Source: Coniocarpon cinnabarinum
Lineage: Eukaryota
Direction of reading: 5' to 3'
DNA length: 64,000 nt
Assembly: GCA_051942205.1 (NCBI GenBank)
Contig: JAVECO010000013.1
Coordinates: forward strand, 1-64,000
Under the pieces are notes generated by a model, which did no database searches, was not told the DNA's origin, and worked only from the letters and a program-made list of their open reading frames with translations. A program made the translations under genes and the position numbers. The number at the start of each line of letters is the position of its first letter. Position 1 is the stretch's first letter. This document shows positions 1 through 10,754 of the stretch, one piece after another.

Positions 1-98
1 GAGGAGGAGAAGAACAATAATCCATCGAGTGCCGGGCATCAAGAGAATCATCCGCCATCAATTTCGACTGCAAGACCACAAGACTGCGTGAAGTTCAC

Positions 99-641
99 AT
101 GCAAAATGAAACAGCGAGTCCTGGAAAGAAAGCGGAAAGGCATGGTGATGATGAGCAACAATTGTTGATACCCGTTGGGCACATCTCCATCGACGCCGGC
201 GACTTCGACGAAAACCCCTCTGAGATGCTCTTCCCACCAGACGGCCGAACACTGAGCCTAACCACCCTCTTCATCCTGCCCGCCTACCGCAAATACGGTC
301 TCGGCACCTGGGCCATGCAAGAATGCGAGCGCCTCATCCGCGCCGCAATCGTCGTGCCGCCACAACCTCAAAATGGTGAACGACCCCCTCAGAAAAGTCA
401 GAGCTGCAACCAGATCACGCTGACGACACTGCATCGACGACACACGCAGGAGGATGGACCAGAAGGTCGAGGCATGTTCGAGCGGACGGCAAATCCGGGG
501 AAAGTCGACGAGGTTGAGTACATTGGGGGATGGTATGCGAAAATGGGATATGAGCTTTATCACGAACAGCGGAAGTATTTGCTTCATGATAGTCATGGGG
601 AGGTGACATGGTGGGCGCAGTTTTGGAGGAAAACATTGTGA
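99..641 (+). CDS. GNAT-family acetyltransferase (N-terminus probably in an upstream exon outside the window)
   Basis: VGHISID strand, acetyl-CoA motif A LFILPAYRKYGLGTWAM, and C-terminal WYAKMGY. An in-frame stop at 18-20 means the true start is uncertain. Confidence 0.75.
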   Translation: MQNETASPGKKAERHGDDEQQLLIPVGHISIDAGDFDENPSEMLFPPDGRTLSLTTLFILPAYRKYGLGTWAMQECERLIRAAIVVPPQPQNGERPPQKSQSCNQITLTTLHRRHTQEDGPEGRGMFERTANPGKVDEVEYIGGWYAKMGYELYHEQRKYLLHDSHGEVTWWAQFWRKTL

Positions 642-795
642 CGGCGAGATGAGGCTTCCTGTCATTGAGCGTACTTCAATGAGGCATGTAAATCGAGGTG
701 CGGTTCAGGTGCCATCTCCACGATCTCTGAAGCTTCCATAAGTGGAGGTTCCGACGACGTAATTGGCAATACGACTTACTGGTGATAGAGAGACA

Positions 796-872
796 GTCAC
801 GTGATATGAGGCTCAAAATTGGGTGCCTAATCTCATGCAGCTTCACGTGATGTCACCGGGAGCTTACACGTG
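796..872. promoter_or_regulatory. Cluster of three CACGTG E-boxes (Cbf1/Pho4-type bHLH sites) upstream of the zinc-finger gene
   Basis: GTCACGTGA 796-804, TCACGTGA 843-850 and CACGTG 867-872, about 370-450 bp before ATG 1245. Confidence 0.4.
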
Positions 873-1244
873 CTAGCTACGTAGGGACTAGCGTGGCAGC
901 GACAAGAGAGCGACATTAGGTAGGTTTCCAGGCATTTCTTTTTCTCTACACAACAAAATCCTCACTTTCAGAAATTTGATTTCGTATCGTGAGGACTGCA
1001 AAGCTTGCAAAGACCCGGTGAACCAATGATCTGATCCTGTAACGCATCGGCGCTCGTGTTACCTGCCTATATATTGACCGATAGCTCTGACTTGCGTTGC
1101 TGTTGTCATAAAGTATACGGCTCGACAAAACTCTCTGGTCGCTCTATTTGAGCTTGCTAAAAGAATAGTAGACTGCTTTGTTGCTATTCATGAGAGGCAT
1201 GAGTGGCGTCAGTCTCTATCGTCAAAAATATCACTGAAGCTGAA

Positions 1245-3596
1245 ATGTCGCCAGCGGAGAATAAAGAAATTGAGTGCCGGCCTTCGGAATCACGCTGCCA
1301 TCATTGTCTCGACGTCTTCACATATCGATTTCAAAAGTACACAGTGAGTTGTGGGACTTCCTTCGGTCTTCACAAGAATCTTGCTAATCCACTTTCCAGC
1401 ATGTTGTCCAAGTACATGGTGACATGTCAGAGAAGCCGCCCACGGACGATCGGCCGTCTTGGGACGACAAAAATCGAGAAGATCCCTGGATCACGGCCAA
1501 GAAGTACCAGCCGTCATGGGATACTCCTGCGAAGAAAAATACATGGGTAGCGTCTCCAACGCCTGCAGAAGCAGCAGCAGCAGGAAGCCCAAGGAAAGGT
1601 GACCGTAAGCTTGAGAAGGCCAATGGTCATCAAGCTCCATTAAGGTAAGGCAAAATTGCAATTGCGTCGCCTTTGCCCAAAAGCTGCCGCGCTAGAGCCT
1701 GCTGTGCCAAATTCTGCCATGCCAAATCCTGCCGTGCCAAATTCCGCCGTGCCAAATCCCGCCGTGGCCTTTGAATGCTTTCCCCTTGGCCTTCGTCATC
1801 GCTGAGCTCACAAAACGCAAAAAGACGGTAGTTTTGTGTACCGCATAGCTACTAACCACGCGAGAACAGACCAACCCTACCTGTAAAGCGTCAAACTCCT
1901 GAAAAGTGGTTAATAGACTTTCCCGAACCAATACGAGATGCGGGTTGTGCCACTGGCGCCGAAATCGCTGACGCGACTGTTGCAACGCACAACAAAGGTC
2001 CAGTAGCGCAGTTGACCTTGAAAAACACATATCCCACTACAGATAACAGCGAGAAAGCCGACAAATTAACAGCGTCGGCTTCGACATCTCAAAGCAAGGT
2101 CCAAGACGCAGGAAACCCGAAAGAGAGGAAGCAAGACCAATCACGCCTTGGGGAACAGCGCGCATCGTCGTTGGAGGGGCGAAGCGAGAAGACGGAAGCT
2201 TCTTGTGAGAGCTTCAAATGCAGCGTTTGCCGAGCAGATTTCGGTGCGCGGGAAGACCTCTCTGCCGTGGGTCTCCACTCGGTTTGCTTTTTTATTTAAG
2301 TGGCTAATCATGATGGCAGCATCTTAAAGCTGAACGCCATTTTCAGCGTGCGCCTTCATCAAATCGCCCCAACACGTGTAGAGTTTGCGACGAGTCGTTT
2401 ATTTTGCCGAAGGAGCTGAAACGCGTATGTACCGTGCAGAGCCTCACAAGTCGTTTGCTAAATCCTTGATACAGCATATTTACAAAAGAGGGCATCACGA
2501 CCCACGGAGCGCTTGGGGCCACCAGATCAACGAGGAACGCATCCAGAGGCATCGCGAGAATGAAGTCATGTCCCCCTGGCGAGGACATCGGAGTCTTGCA
2601 ATTGATCGAAACCGAGTAATCGACTCGTCCAGTTCGCCTGAAAGCCCGCAAGCTATGGCCGAAACCGACTCTGAGCCTGAAGAGGATCTCATCGACCTTG
2701 CGTCGAAAGCGCATTCAGATTCAGATTCCGAGGAAAACGGCAATGATTCCACAGAGAACCATCGCCGTGTGAACATCTCATATGAACGGACCATGTTTGA
2801 TGAGTCGGGGCAAGGATGCCGCCGCGACACAGGTTCAGACGAGAGCTCCTCTACAACGTCGGGATCCGGCTCTCAGACCGTGCAAGCCCCTGCACAAACC
2901 ACGAATGAAGTCCGTACCCAGACATCAGGCGCGTCACACTCGAGGTCGAAATTGCACGCCGTAGCAAAGGACTTCAAGCCGCGCATGGCAAGCGCGGAAC
3001 TCAACACGCCGAATGTAGCGGCTATCCCGTTCTATCCAGCAGCAGGCCCTCCCTCATCTCACTTTACCTTCCAGCCCACGCCATTCCCACAAAATGAAAT
3101 GGGCATCACACCCTGGGACACGACCCCACCAAACACAATGACGATTCCATCTCACCCATTTTCGAGCCCCTTTCCCAGCCCTCCAAGAAACCCCCTGCCT
3201 AACCCGAAATCGCCCTGCCCTGCAAACTGTGGCGCCTTCTTCCCCAGCAAGTCGCTGATCTTCCACCACCTCGAATCCAACGCCTGCATGTTTCTCCGAC
3301 TGAGTACGCGCGACATTTACGCCGCCGTCGCCGAAACCCACTGTGCGCACGAATTCATCGACGGGCGGTATTTGCGCGATCTTACGCTGAAGCGCGACAT
3401 CCGCGAGAAGTACAAGGGAAATGCTTACCCTTTCATTTGTCCCAACGAGGAGAGGTGCGGGATGGTGTTTCGGGAGCTGTATACGCTCTGGGTCCATTTT
3501 GAGAGGAGTGAATGTGGTGCCGTCATGGGACGGGTTGGAGTTGTGAAGGCGACAGTGGAGGACGCTGTCGCTGAAGCGGTGGGCACGGCAGTTTGA
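1245..3596 (+). CDS. Multi-exon C2H2/C2HC zinc-finger protein
   Basis: Exons 1245-1343, 1400-1644, 1870-2266, 2320-2424 and 2475-3596 splice in frame through GT..AG introns with branch sites. Splicing reconstitutes three CxxC-x12-H-x4/5-H fingers. Two C-terminal fingers end HLESNAC and HFERSEC. Confidence 0.8.
1698..1768 (+). repeat. 15-bp tandem repeat (RTGCCAAATYCYGCC x4) inside predicted intron 2
   Basis: gtgccaaattctgcc atgccaaatcctgcc gtgccaaattccgcc gtgccaaatcccgcc at 1704-1763, plus partial flanking units. Confidence 0.9.
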
Positions 3597-4000
3597 ATGG
3601 CGCAGCGCTTAGCATGACATGTGAACATGGTGTCATGTCATCATAGCCTCTGCAATGACGAATTCTCAACTCACAAATCTAAAGCGTAACGGCGAAAGCC
3701 TCCTCTACTGCAAAGAACGCTGTATTGTGCTGCGGCACCTGCTCTCGTCGTAGATGTAAACTCACGCCAATACGAATCTCATGACAAGTGGACTTGTATT
3801 TTCTGAGATTTCTGAAGCTAGAACTGGCTCTACGTCGATCAAACAAGGTCACTGTATTCCCGGTAATCGCAAAAGCATGGAGCGAGTGAGGAAATTGATT
3901 CAACCGCGAACCAAGTGGTGGGATGCGCGTGAGTCTTACACCGCAGCTCTGCCTGGAGTGGTGAGCTTAACACTGCCGTGGAGCACAGAGCGATACCATC

Positions 4001-4019
4001 TTCTCTCTCTCTCTCTCTC
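4001..4019. repeat. (CT)n microsatellite
   Basis: ttctctctctctctctctc. Confidence 0.8.
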
Positions 4020-4039
4020 AATATTGAATATGCTCATCA

Positions 4040-5410
4040 AGGCGTTTCGCGCACTGCTTTTGATACTAGCACTTTGAAGTATGCTCGGATAGAACGATAC
4101 AGCTTTACTAAAAGAACGTTTTGGAGACACTCGCGCCATGGCGAGTGGCTTTTAGTCTACCCTTGCGCTTTTTCATGTGTGCTTGTTAGGTGGTCTTGGG
4201 GACGAGCGTTTGGCAGGTGCTAGAGCGCTGGTGTGCCATGAATAGTGTTTGTTACGCCACTCATAAGATCTTGGGCTGACTGGTATATCAGTGTAGTGAT
4301 TTCCCTCTTTTGATGCGGGACGTCCGGTTGCTATACTAGCATCTGATTACTATACACAACCCTAAGATGACAGCTACCCGAAAATCGCCAAATGGTAGCG
4401 GGCGAAGCGACTGTATCAAGCTATAGACGCAGTATTTTGCAGGCTATCCACTTTTGATTGTCGGTGCTGTAGACATGCAGTCAACGTTAGACACGTAATG
4501 AGCGCAAAAGGCGTCTTCATTACACATTACGAATCCTTGTCAGGAACATGGTCACAGTCGTAACCATTTGCGTATGTTGTCGTACAGAAGCGAAAGCTAT
4601 TTGCTTGGACCCTTTCTAGCTCTCGATTATCTCTACGCTCAACTTCACAAGCGCATTTCTTGCTCTAGCTTTGGGGATATCAATACCCGAATGAATGTGA
4701 TGATGATGACAGTCTGTACGGTGTTCCCGGCGCTCAAGAATGCAATTATTGCTCGACTGGTTCGTAAATCGGCAACAAACGCGTAATGGTAAGCTCGGCA
4801 GCCTCTTCTTCAATCTCTCGGCATGCCTCACCGGCCAGCAGTCGTATAATCGTCTCGAAATCGTCAGGGAACATCCTCTCCATGTCGAACCATCTGCTTG
4901 AGGGTCAGTTCTAATGATAGGATCTCGGGTGCTTTGCGCTTTGCACAGCCGGTCTTCATGCAACGAATCCTTGGACTCTACACTTCCGGCCTCGTGGCTT
5001 TGAGATCTTCCAGATACGAGCTCCGAGTTAGAGATTTGGTCTGCCAGACCGCTCGGGACCGCAGGAATGGGGCTTCACTATCTAGTGACCTCGAGTGGTG
5101 GCTCGGCAGACAAATTTTTCTGACGTCGCGATCGTCTCTCCTTCGCATATCTATCGCATCAATTGAGAGTCGAAGATATCTCAGCATTTCATCCCAAAGG
5201 CGTAGCTTTTCCAGAATGGAGGCGGAGAGGTTTTTTGGGTGTCGACAGCGCTGGATCTCCCCTTGTGTGGGAATGGAAAGTGAAGACCAGGGAGATTGTT
5301 GTTCGCCGCGTTCGCCACGTGATCTGTGTCGATCGACTTGACTGCTATCCGTATACTTTCAGAACACAACAGGTGCTCCTAATGCAAATTCGTCTTTTGT
5401 TGAAATAGAA
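4040..5410 (+). ncRNA. Candidate telomerase RNA (TER); ends approximate
   Basis: Template AACCCTAA at 4358-4365. An 11-bp helix (4291-4301/4345-4355) ends 2 nt 5' of it. Several nested long arms use plus-strand G-U pairs. Candidate pseudoknot 4929-4946 + 5196-5203. Lies in a 1.8-kb gap between convergent genes. Confidence 0.6.
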
Positions 5411-5413
5411 TAA

Positions 5414-8400
5414 CTAAGGAGCCACATCCACGGCGGCTGCTGCGGCTGACGAAGAACTCTCGGCCTGCACATTATCTGAGATTTTGTTTGCAGAAATCTT
5501 TGGCCCCCTATTCATCCCAATGCCCTTTAGATCTGCATTGCTTCCGCTTTGCAGATCTTCGCGGTCTTTGGCGGCAGGGTTTTCATGATCGAGTGAGGCC
5601 TCTCGGTCTCCATGTTGTGACTCAATGTCAACGTCAGCATACCTGCGCAGCATCTGAGCGACGTCGTGATCCATCTTGAGATTGTCCGAGGACATGGTCG
5701 ACATTGAGCTTCTTGTATCATCGTTCGGAGGTGGACCGCGTACGGTGGGCCTTGCGTTCTCATTTTGCGCCTGCTGAGCTTGCCCGGGCATTGATGACAT
5801 CCCCTTCTTGCGCTCCATCATTTCGTCTCCGGCTTCCGACTCCAGGGTAACCACGTCAGCAGGTCGCTCGTTTGTCGACTCTAAACGCCATTTATTCGTA
5901 ACGTATTGTAAGGGCTGTGAGTCCCGTCGCGGAATTCTAGGCTTGCTTGGCAACTTTGCTGGCACAGTCGTTTCATACCCACTGGCGGACGAGTCGCTGC
6001 GGTCTCCTTTGCGGCTTTTGTATGTGCGTCGAACTTTGTTCGCACTCTGCGCAGCATTCTCTCGCTGCATGGCGTAAATCGACTGTTTGCTTCGCCGAGC
6101 CTTGCTGCGAGCTTCGCCGCCATCGCCATGGATCAAAGACTCCATCCAACCATCTGCAAATTCTACCCCCTGAGACTTATTCTTGGAGGAGGTTTTCAGG
6201 CCACCAAAGCCAAAAATTCTGCCGCCTTTTCCCTTTCCTTTCGAATCTTTCTTCGCTGCCATGGTGGCAGGAGGCGACGGCGGCAGAGGTGGGAAGTCTT
6301 CATATTCTAATGTCTCTTGATTTTCTTCTAGTCTATCTCTCACCGTGGGCCACATGGACATCTTTATTGACCAACCTGGTTTAATGATCTCGTCATATAT
6401 AGCTGGTAAAAGAATCTCACCATCTGGTCCAAGAAGATCGAAGTGTCCGGCGTTAACTTCTGCCTCAAGACCATCGATTTGTGAGAATGCTCCTTTGATA
6501 AGGTCAAACATACCTTTCCAGGTCTTGATATGTTTCCAAGGCAAAGAGAAGTGCCGACCGACAGCGTCCTCAAACTTGACTGGAACCAGCAGGTCATCCT
6601 CGCCGGGCCTTAGCTTCGCCAGCTCTTCCTCCAACTTCTTGATGATCTCATTTTCGTTGTTCTCAGGGATCGCTAATGCTCTTTGCGCAGCCGATGGCTT
6701 GAGAGGGCGGCGGAAGGTGTTGACTCCGCTGGGAACATTTTCCTCCTTCGAGGTTGGAAAGCGGACTATTTTGGACTTAGCTGCCTCATAGTCGACAGGT
6801 GCCGTTGACCCAAAGGACCCGTCGAACTCTAGAATGAATTGGATCCATTCGATGTCAGCTCCGCGTGCTCGTTTAGGGTAGATTTTGAGCATAACCAGTG
6901 ACCAAGCGACCTCATCCGCAATAGAATCAGATCTAGCAGTGCCACCAGGGGCGCCCTTCTCGCGGATTTCCTGATTGATGACTTCCAGTACACCCGGCAA
7001 AAGTTTCGCGCATCGTTCCATTACTGTCTTCCGTTTTCTATGAAAAGCTTCAACCATACTTTGTAACTCGCTCTGAGATAGTGCCAGCTCATAGGTTTGC
7101 ATGTTCTGTATTTCAGAGCCGCTCTCGTCTCCCTCATCTTCCTGATGGCGCATGTAGATAATGTACCCCGCTCGCGCCACTCTTGAAGCAGCAGGGGCTT
7201 TCTCATTGGATGATCGTCCAAACAAGCGTGCTCGCAGTGACCTTCTACCGTACGTATCATTCTTTCGATGGAGCTGCCTATCCGAAGAAAATGATGCGGT
7301 AGCATCCGATTCCGGACTCCCACGTCGAAGCTCATCGTTCGTTTTCTTAGCTCCGTTTGTGGGTCCAATCGCTTGATGATGAGGATCGTCCGTGCTTGTC
7401 TGGGGATTAACCTTGCGTCCAGCGGCGTCGAGGTTTTCGACGGCTTTGTGAGTTCCACGGAGCTCAATTCCCTCGTTGTGAGCCACCTGCTGTTCGGCCT
7501 GGAATTCGACTTCACCTTTGTCTGTTTCTTGAGAAGATGCAGAAGCTTTATCTTGCTGAGTATGCACGTCGCTGTAGATTCTGCAATCATCAGATGCTCG
7601 TGCGGCGTGCTTGACGTTTGAGTCCATCCGAATGCGTGCTTCTGACCTACCCATTTTGTCACCCGTGGATTGGCTTTGTACCCTCGCCCTGGATGTGCTC
7701 AATGTGCCTTGGTGCGACTGGGGGTCCTCGTTTGCCTCATAGAGCTCTCCGTCAGAAGGAGAAACCCCCTGTGTATCCCTTTCCGCCTCGGCAGTATCTC
7801 GCGTGATCTTGGACTGCAGTTCTAAGACTTTGATTTTGTATTGATTCAGCAGCAACATGCGTTGCTTGTTCCTGCGGCAGCAAGAATGAGCCACGTCTTT
7901 GCATGGTCCATGGGGATCTTACCGTTTAGTCTGCTGCGCAAGCTCTCGAGCTTTCTCCCGCTCTCGTCGCTCTTTTGCCTTCGAGTCTTTGGTGTTTTCT
8001 ACCAGGCGCAGCTGCACCAATATTAAGCACAGTCTCTCAAGTTTGCGATTGACGTTATCAAGCCTTTTGCGGGCGGTGGTCACCTCAAAACGATTAAAGT
8101 GCCAGCCGAATTTATCTCGCTTTCTAACGTTGAAGCCTGTTGCGTCGTGAGCATTTGAGATACCAGGAAACGCGCGCTCAAGAGCCACACGCAGGTCCTG
8201 GAAAATGATTTTGCAGTCTCCGAAGATGCGTTCTACATCGGCGAAGAATGGCTGATGGAGGGGAGGTAAGGCGTCACTCTCAAACTCAACGCTTCGCCTA
8301 AACTGTTCCAAAAACTTGATAGTGTCTTCTAAATCTCGTAGTGTGGACTCTGCCTCGGGAAAAGATGTTTTGAACTCATGAACCAATAGCTTAAATGTTG

Positions 8401-8467
8401 TCGCAAGCTTTATGCCTTCTGTCGAGATTGCAACTACTGTGATGATAGTTCCTGCAAGCTCTGCCAT
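5414..8467 (-). CDS. HeLo-like (fungal STAND N-terminal) domain protein with an internal fungal ubiquitin-like domain, about 1000 aa
   Basis: Exon 1 8467-7923 (MAELAGTIITVVAISTEGIKLATTFK, HeLo-like helical start). Intron 7922-7872 GTAAGA..GCAG keeps frame. Exon 2 contains PVKFEDAVGRHFSLPW..GHFDLLGPDGEILLP..IKPGWSIKMSMWP. Confidence 0.75.
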
Positions 8468-9270
8468 GCCCAATCAAGGCCGGCTGCATCCATTCACCTT
8501 CCAGCTCCCCTGCGGCAGCAATGAGCCGCGTTCACAACGGACAGTCGTTGCCAGAACTTGTCGTTCCAGAATCGATGTAAACATAAGTACAAGCGCGCCG
8601 TCGAGAGCATGTTCAATTGGATCATCCCATAAGGTCAAAGTCTGGTACTTCGGATGAGCTGTCGGACATTGGACTTGCAATACAGCTCGCAGCAGCTTCA
8701 GGGTGTAGTTGAACAGTTTAGTTGTTATAGCCTACCGGAACCACATCGGAGCATCTGCCGCCTATGCAATGACGACTCATCACGACGCGGTTTCCTTGTT
8801 GCGGACCTCAGCATCACTTTGCAAGGTCGGCCAGGATAAGGCAGCGGATACCAGCCTTGTGTGGGGCCACAGAAACCGGGTCCTTGGATCCGAAAGGCGA
8901 CACGCGATTGGTCAGAGTATGAAAAATGAGGGGGCTTGTCGCTGCCTACACGTTCCAGGCGCTTTTTCGCTGGACATTACGGAATATTGAAGTGGTTCTT
9001 GAGTCACTGTGGACAGCCGTCAGCCAGACAGCAGGATAATGTCTCCTGCTGCTGTCGGATTGCGACACATCGTGGTGGCAGAATAGCATTGCTATGTGTC
9101 CTTGTGGAACACTGCACCTCGCAGAATACACCTAAACACGTTCACGGTCTATCTTGACCTGCTTGGACCGGCAAATCTGGCCTGACGCACACCATAAGAA
9201 CGATTCCGCAACGCTAGCAAACGTCGAGAAGGCGCTGCTCGGAGGCACATCCAGCGTATTTCTCCTCTCA

Positions 9271-10431
9271 ATGGAGAGTGTCAGATCTTGGAGGTTAGCA
9301 CTCAAGTATTTCGTGAACGACCACATCAGAAAGGAGCGTAAACCTCGACGCAATACTGCCAAATTTGAGGTCGATGTAGTCAGTTCCGAATATGATAGCG
9401 TTGTTGCCACCAGTACGTGATCAACCTTTCGCGAAAGGGTTTTCCGCCCGCTTCGAATGAAGGGAAGCTCTTCTTAGCTCACAACGAAACAGGACGTCTT
9501 CAGTTTCTCCCCTCAGTCGATGAGCTACGCAGGATTGCGTACGATGGATTCAACTCCAAATATATTCCAATAATATTTTGCATCGCCCAGATCACCTTCA
9601 TAGGTACACCGAACATAGGAACCACTTGTGTGCTCTTCGCTGTTAAGCTAAAAGTCAACAGCTCTAACGTTGGCTGGAGGCTCTTCTACAGCCCCAGGTG
9701 GTTCAACGTTGCAAGTGTTGAATCTCCACTTGAACTCATCAAGGCCCGACGAGGAGATATTTCAGCTCAATCTGGGATATTTTGGCTTGTGCGCAAGCTC
9801 CAATAGCACGTTGAGTGTGTGCACACACAAGGAAAACGACCTTGGAGACTCAATAGGCCCTGCACCAGAAGCAAATACACTTGTGAGTGCTGCTGCGGCT
9901 ATTCGAACGAAAGTACTGTTTCCCTGGCTGATGTAAGTAGTTCTGCAAGAGATGACCAAAGTGTGCTAATCACTGAGCAGGATTATATCCGCCGTGATGG
10001 CCTTCTTCAATCTGGTGTTGATTATGCGACTTCCTGACTGGCACCAAGAACGAGATGTTGACACAGGCTCAGATGTAGAAGTAAAGCCATTTCCCCGGCA
10101 GTCAGTTGTCACAGGCATAGCCGGACTTACTATCGTATCATTTTTATTGCTTTTGGTGTCCGCTGTGTGGCAGCACTCAGCTGTTGTAGCCTCAGGCCAA
10201 TTAGTTGGTATGGGTGACAGCCACACATTTTAGTGCAGACGTGCAGCGCTGACAATGTCAACAGACCTTCTAGGTGGTGGCTCTTACGAAGTGAAGATCG
10301 GAAGAGCCTCGTTATGTGTCCTATGGGCTGGCGTAAGTACATCGGCAGTCTTGGCTGCTCAGATTGTGGTATCCGTTTTCAACACAGTCGCCGATCAAGC
10401 ATCAGAAGATGCCAGGTCTGCAAGAAGCTGA
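9271..10431 (+). CDS. FIG1: Fig1-family mating-induced Ca2+ influx / membrane-fusion protein (about 5 exons; start uncertain)
   Basis: Spliced product has LGYFGLC (claudin-like GxxGxC motif), VLFPWL, PDWHQERDVDTGSDVEVKPFPRQ and VSAVWQHSAVVA, all typical of filamentous-fungal Fig1. Stop at 10429-10431. Confidence 0.8.
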
Positions 10432-10754
10432 TTGTTTACGTGGTCCTCTGCGAACTGCCAGACCCGAATCGCACATTACTAGACGCCTTAGTCGCCTCGG
10501 TCGCCTCTTCACTGCTGAACGCTGGACGCGACTCGAGGCCCATCGAAGGCAGAAGAATGAATTGGTCGATCTGAGAGGTGTTTTGATGTCAACGCCGTGC
10601 GTCAATTGAGCTTACCGTCTGCATATTTCGGGATAGCGCTTAATGTGGCCTTGCAGTCACCTAATGCATTAGCGGCCTATGATTTAGTGGCATGTCAGAG
10701 GTTGCGACAATTTTTCGTTGTCGATGTCGACGAACTTCAGTTTCCCAGCACACC

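Noticed and set aside
4744..5340. Minus-strand open frames that look vaguely protein-like
   Set aside because: Fragmented, with no clear start, splice model or family. The region is better explained by the plus-strand structured RNA, though a relic gene is not excluded.
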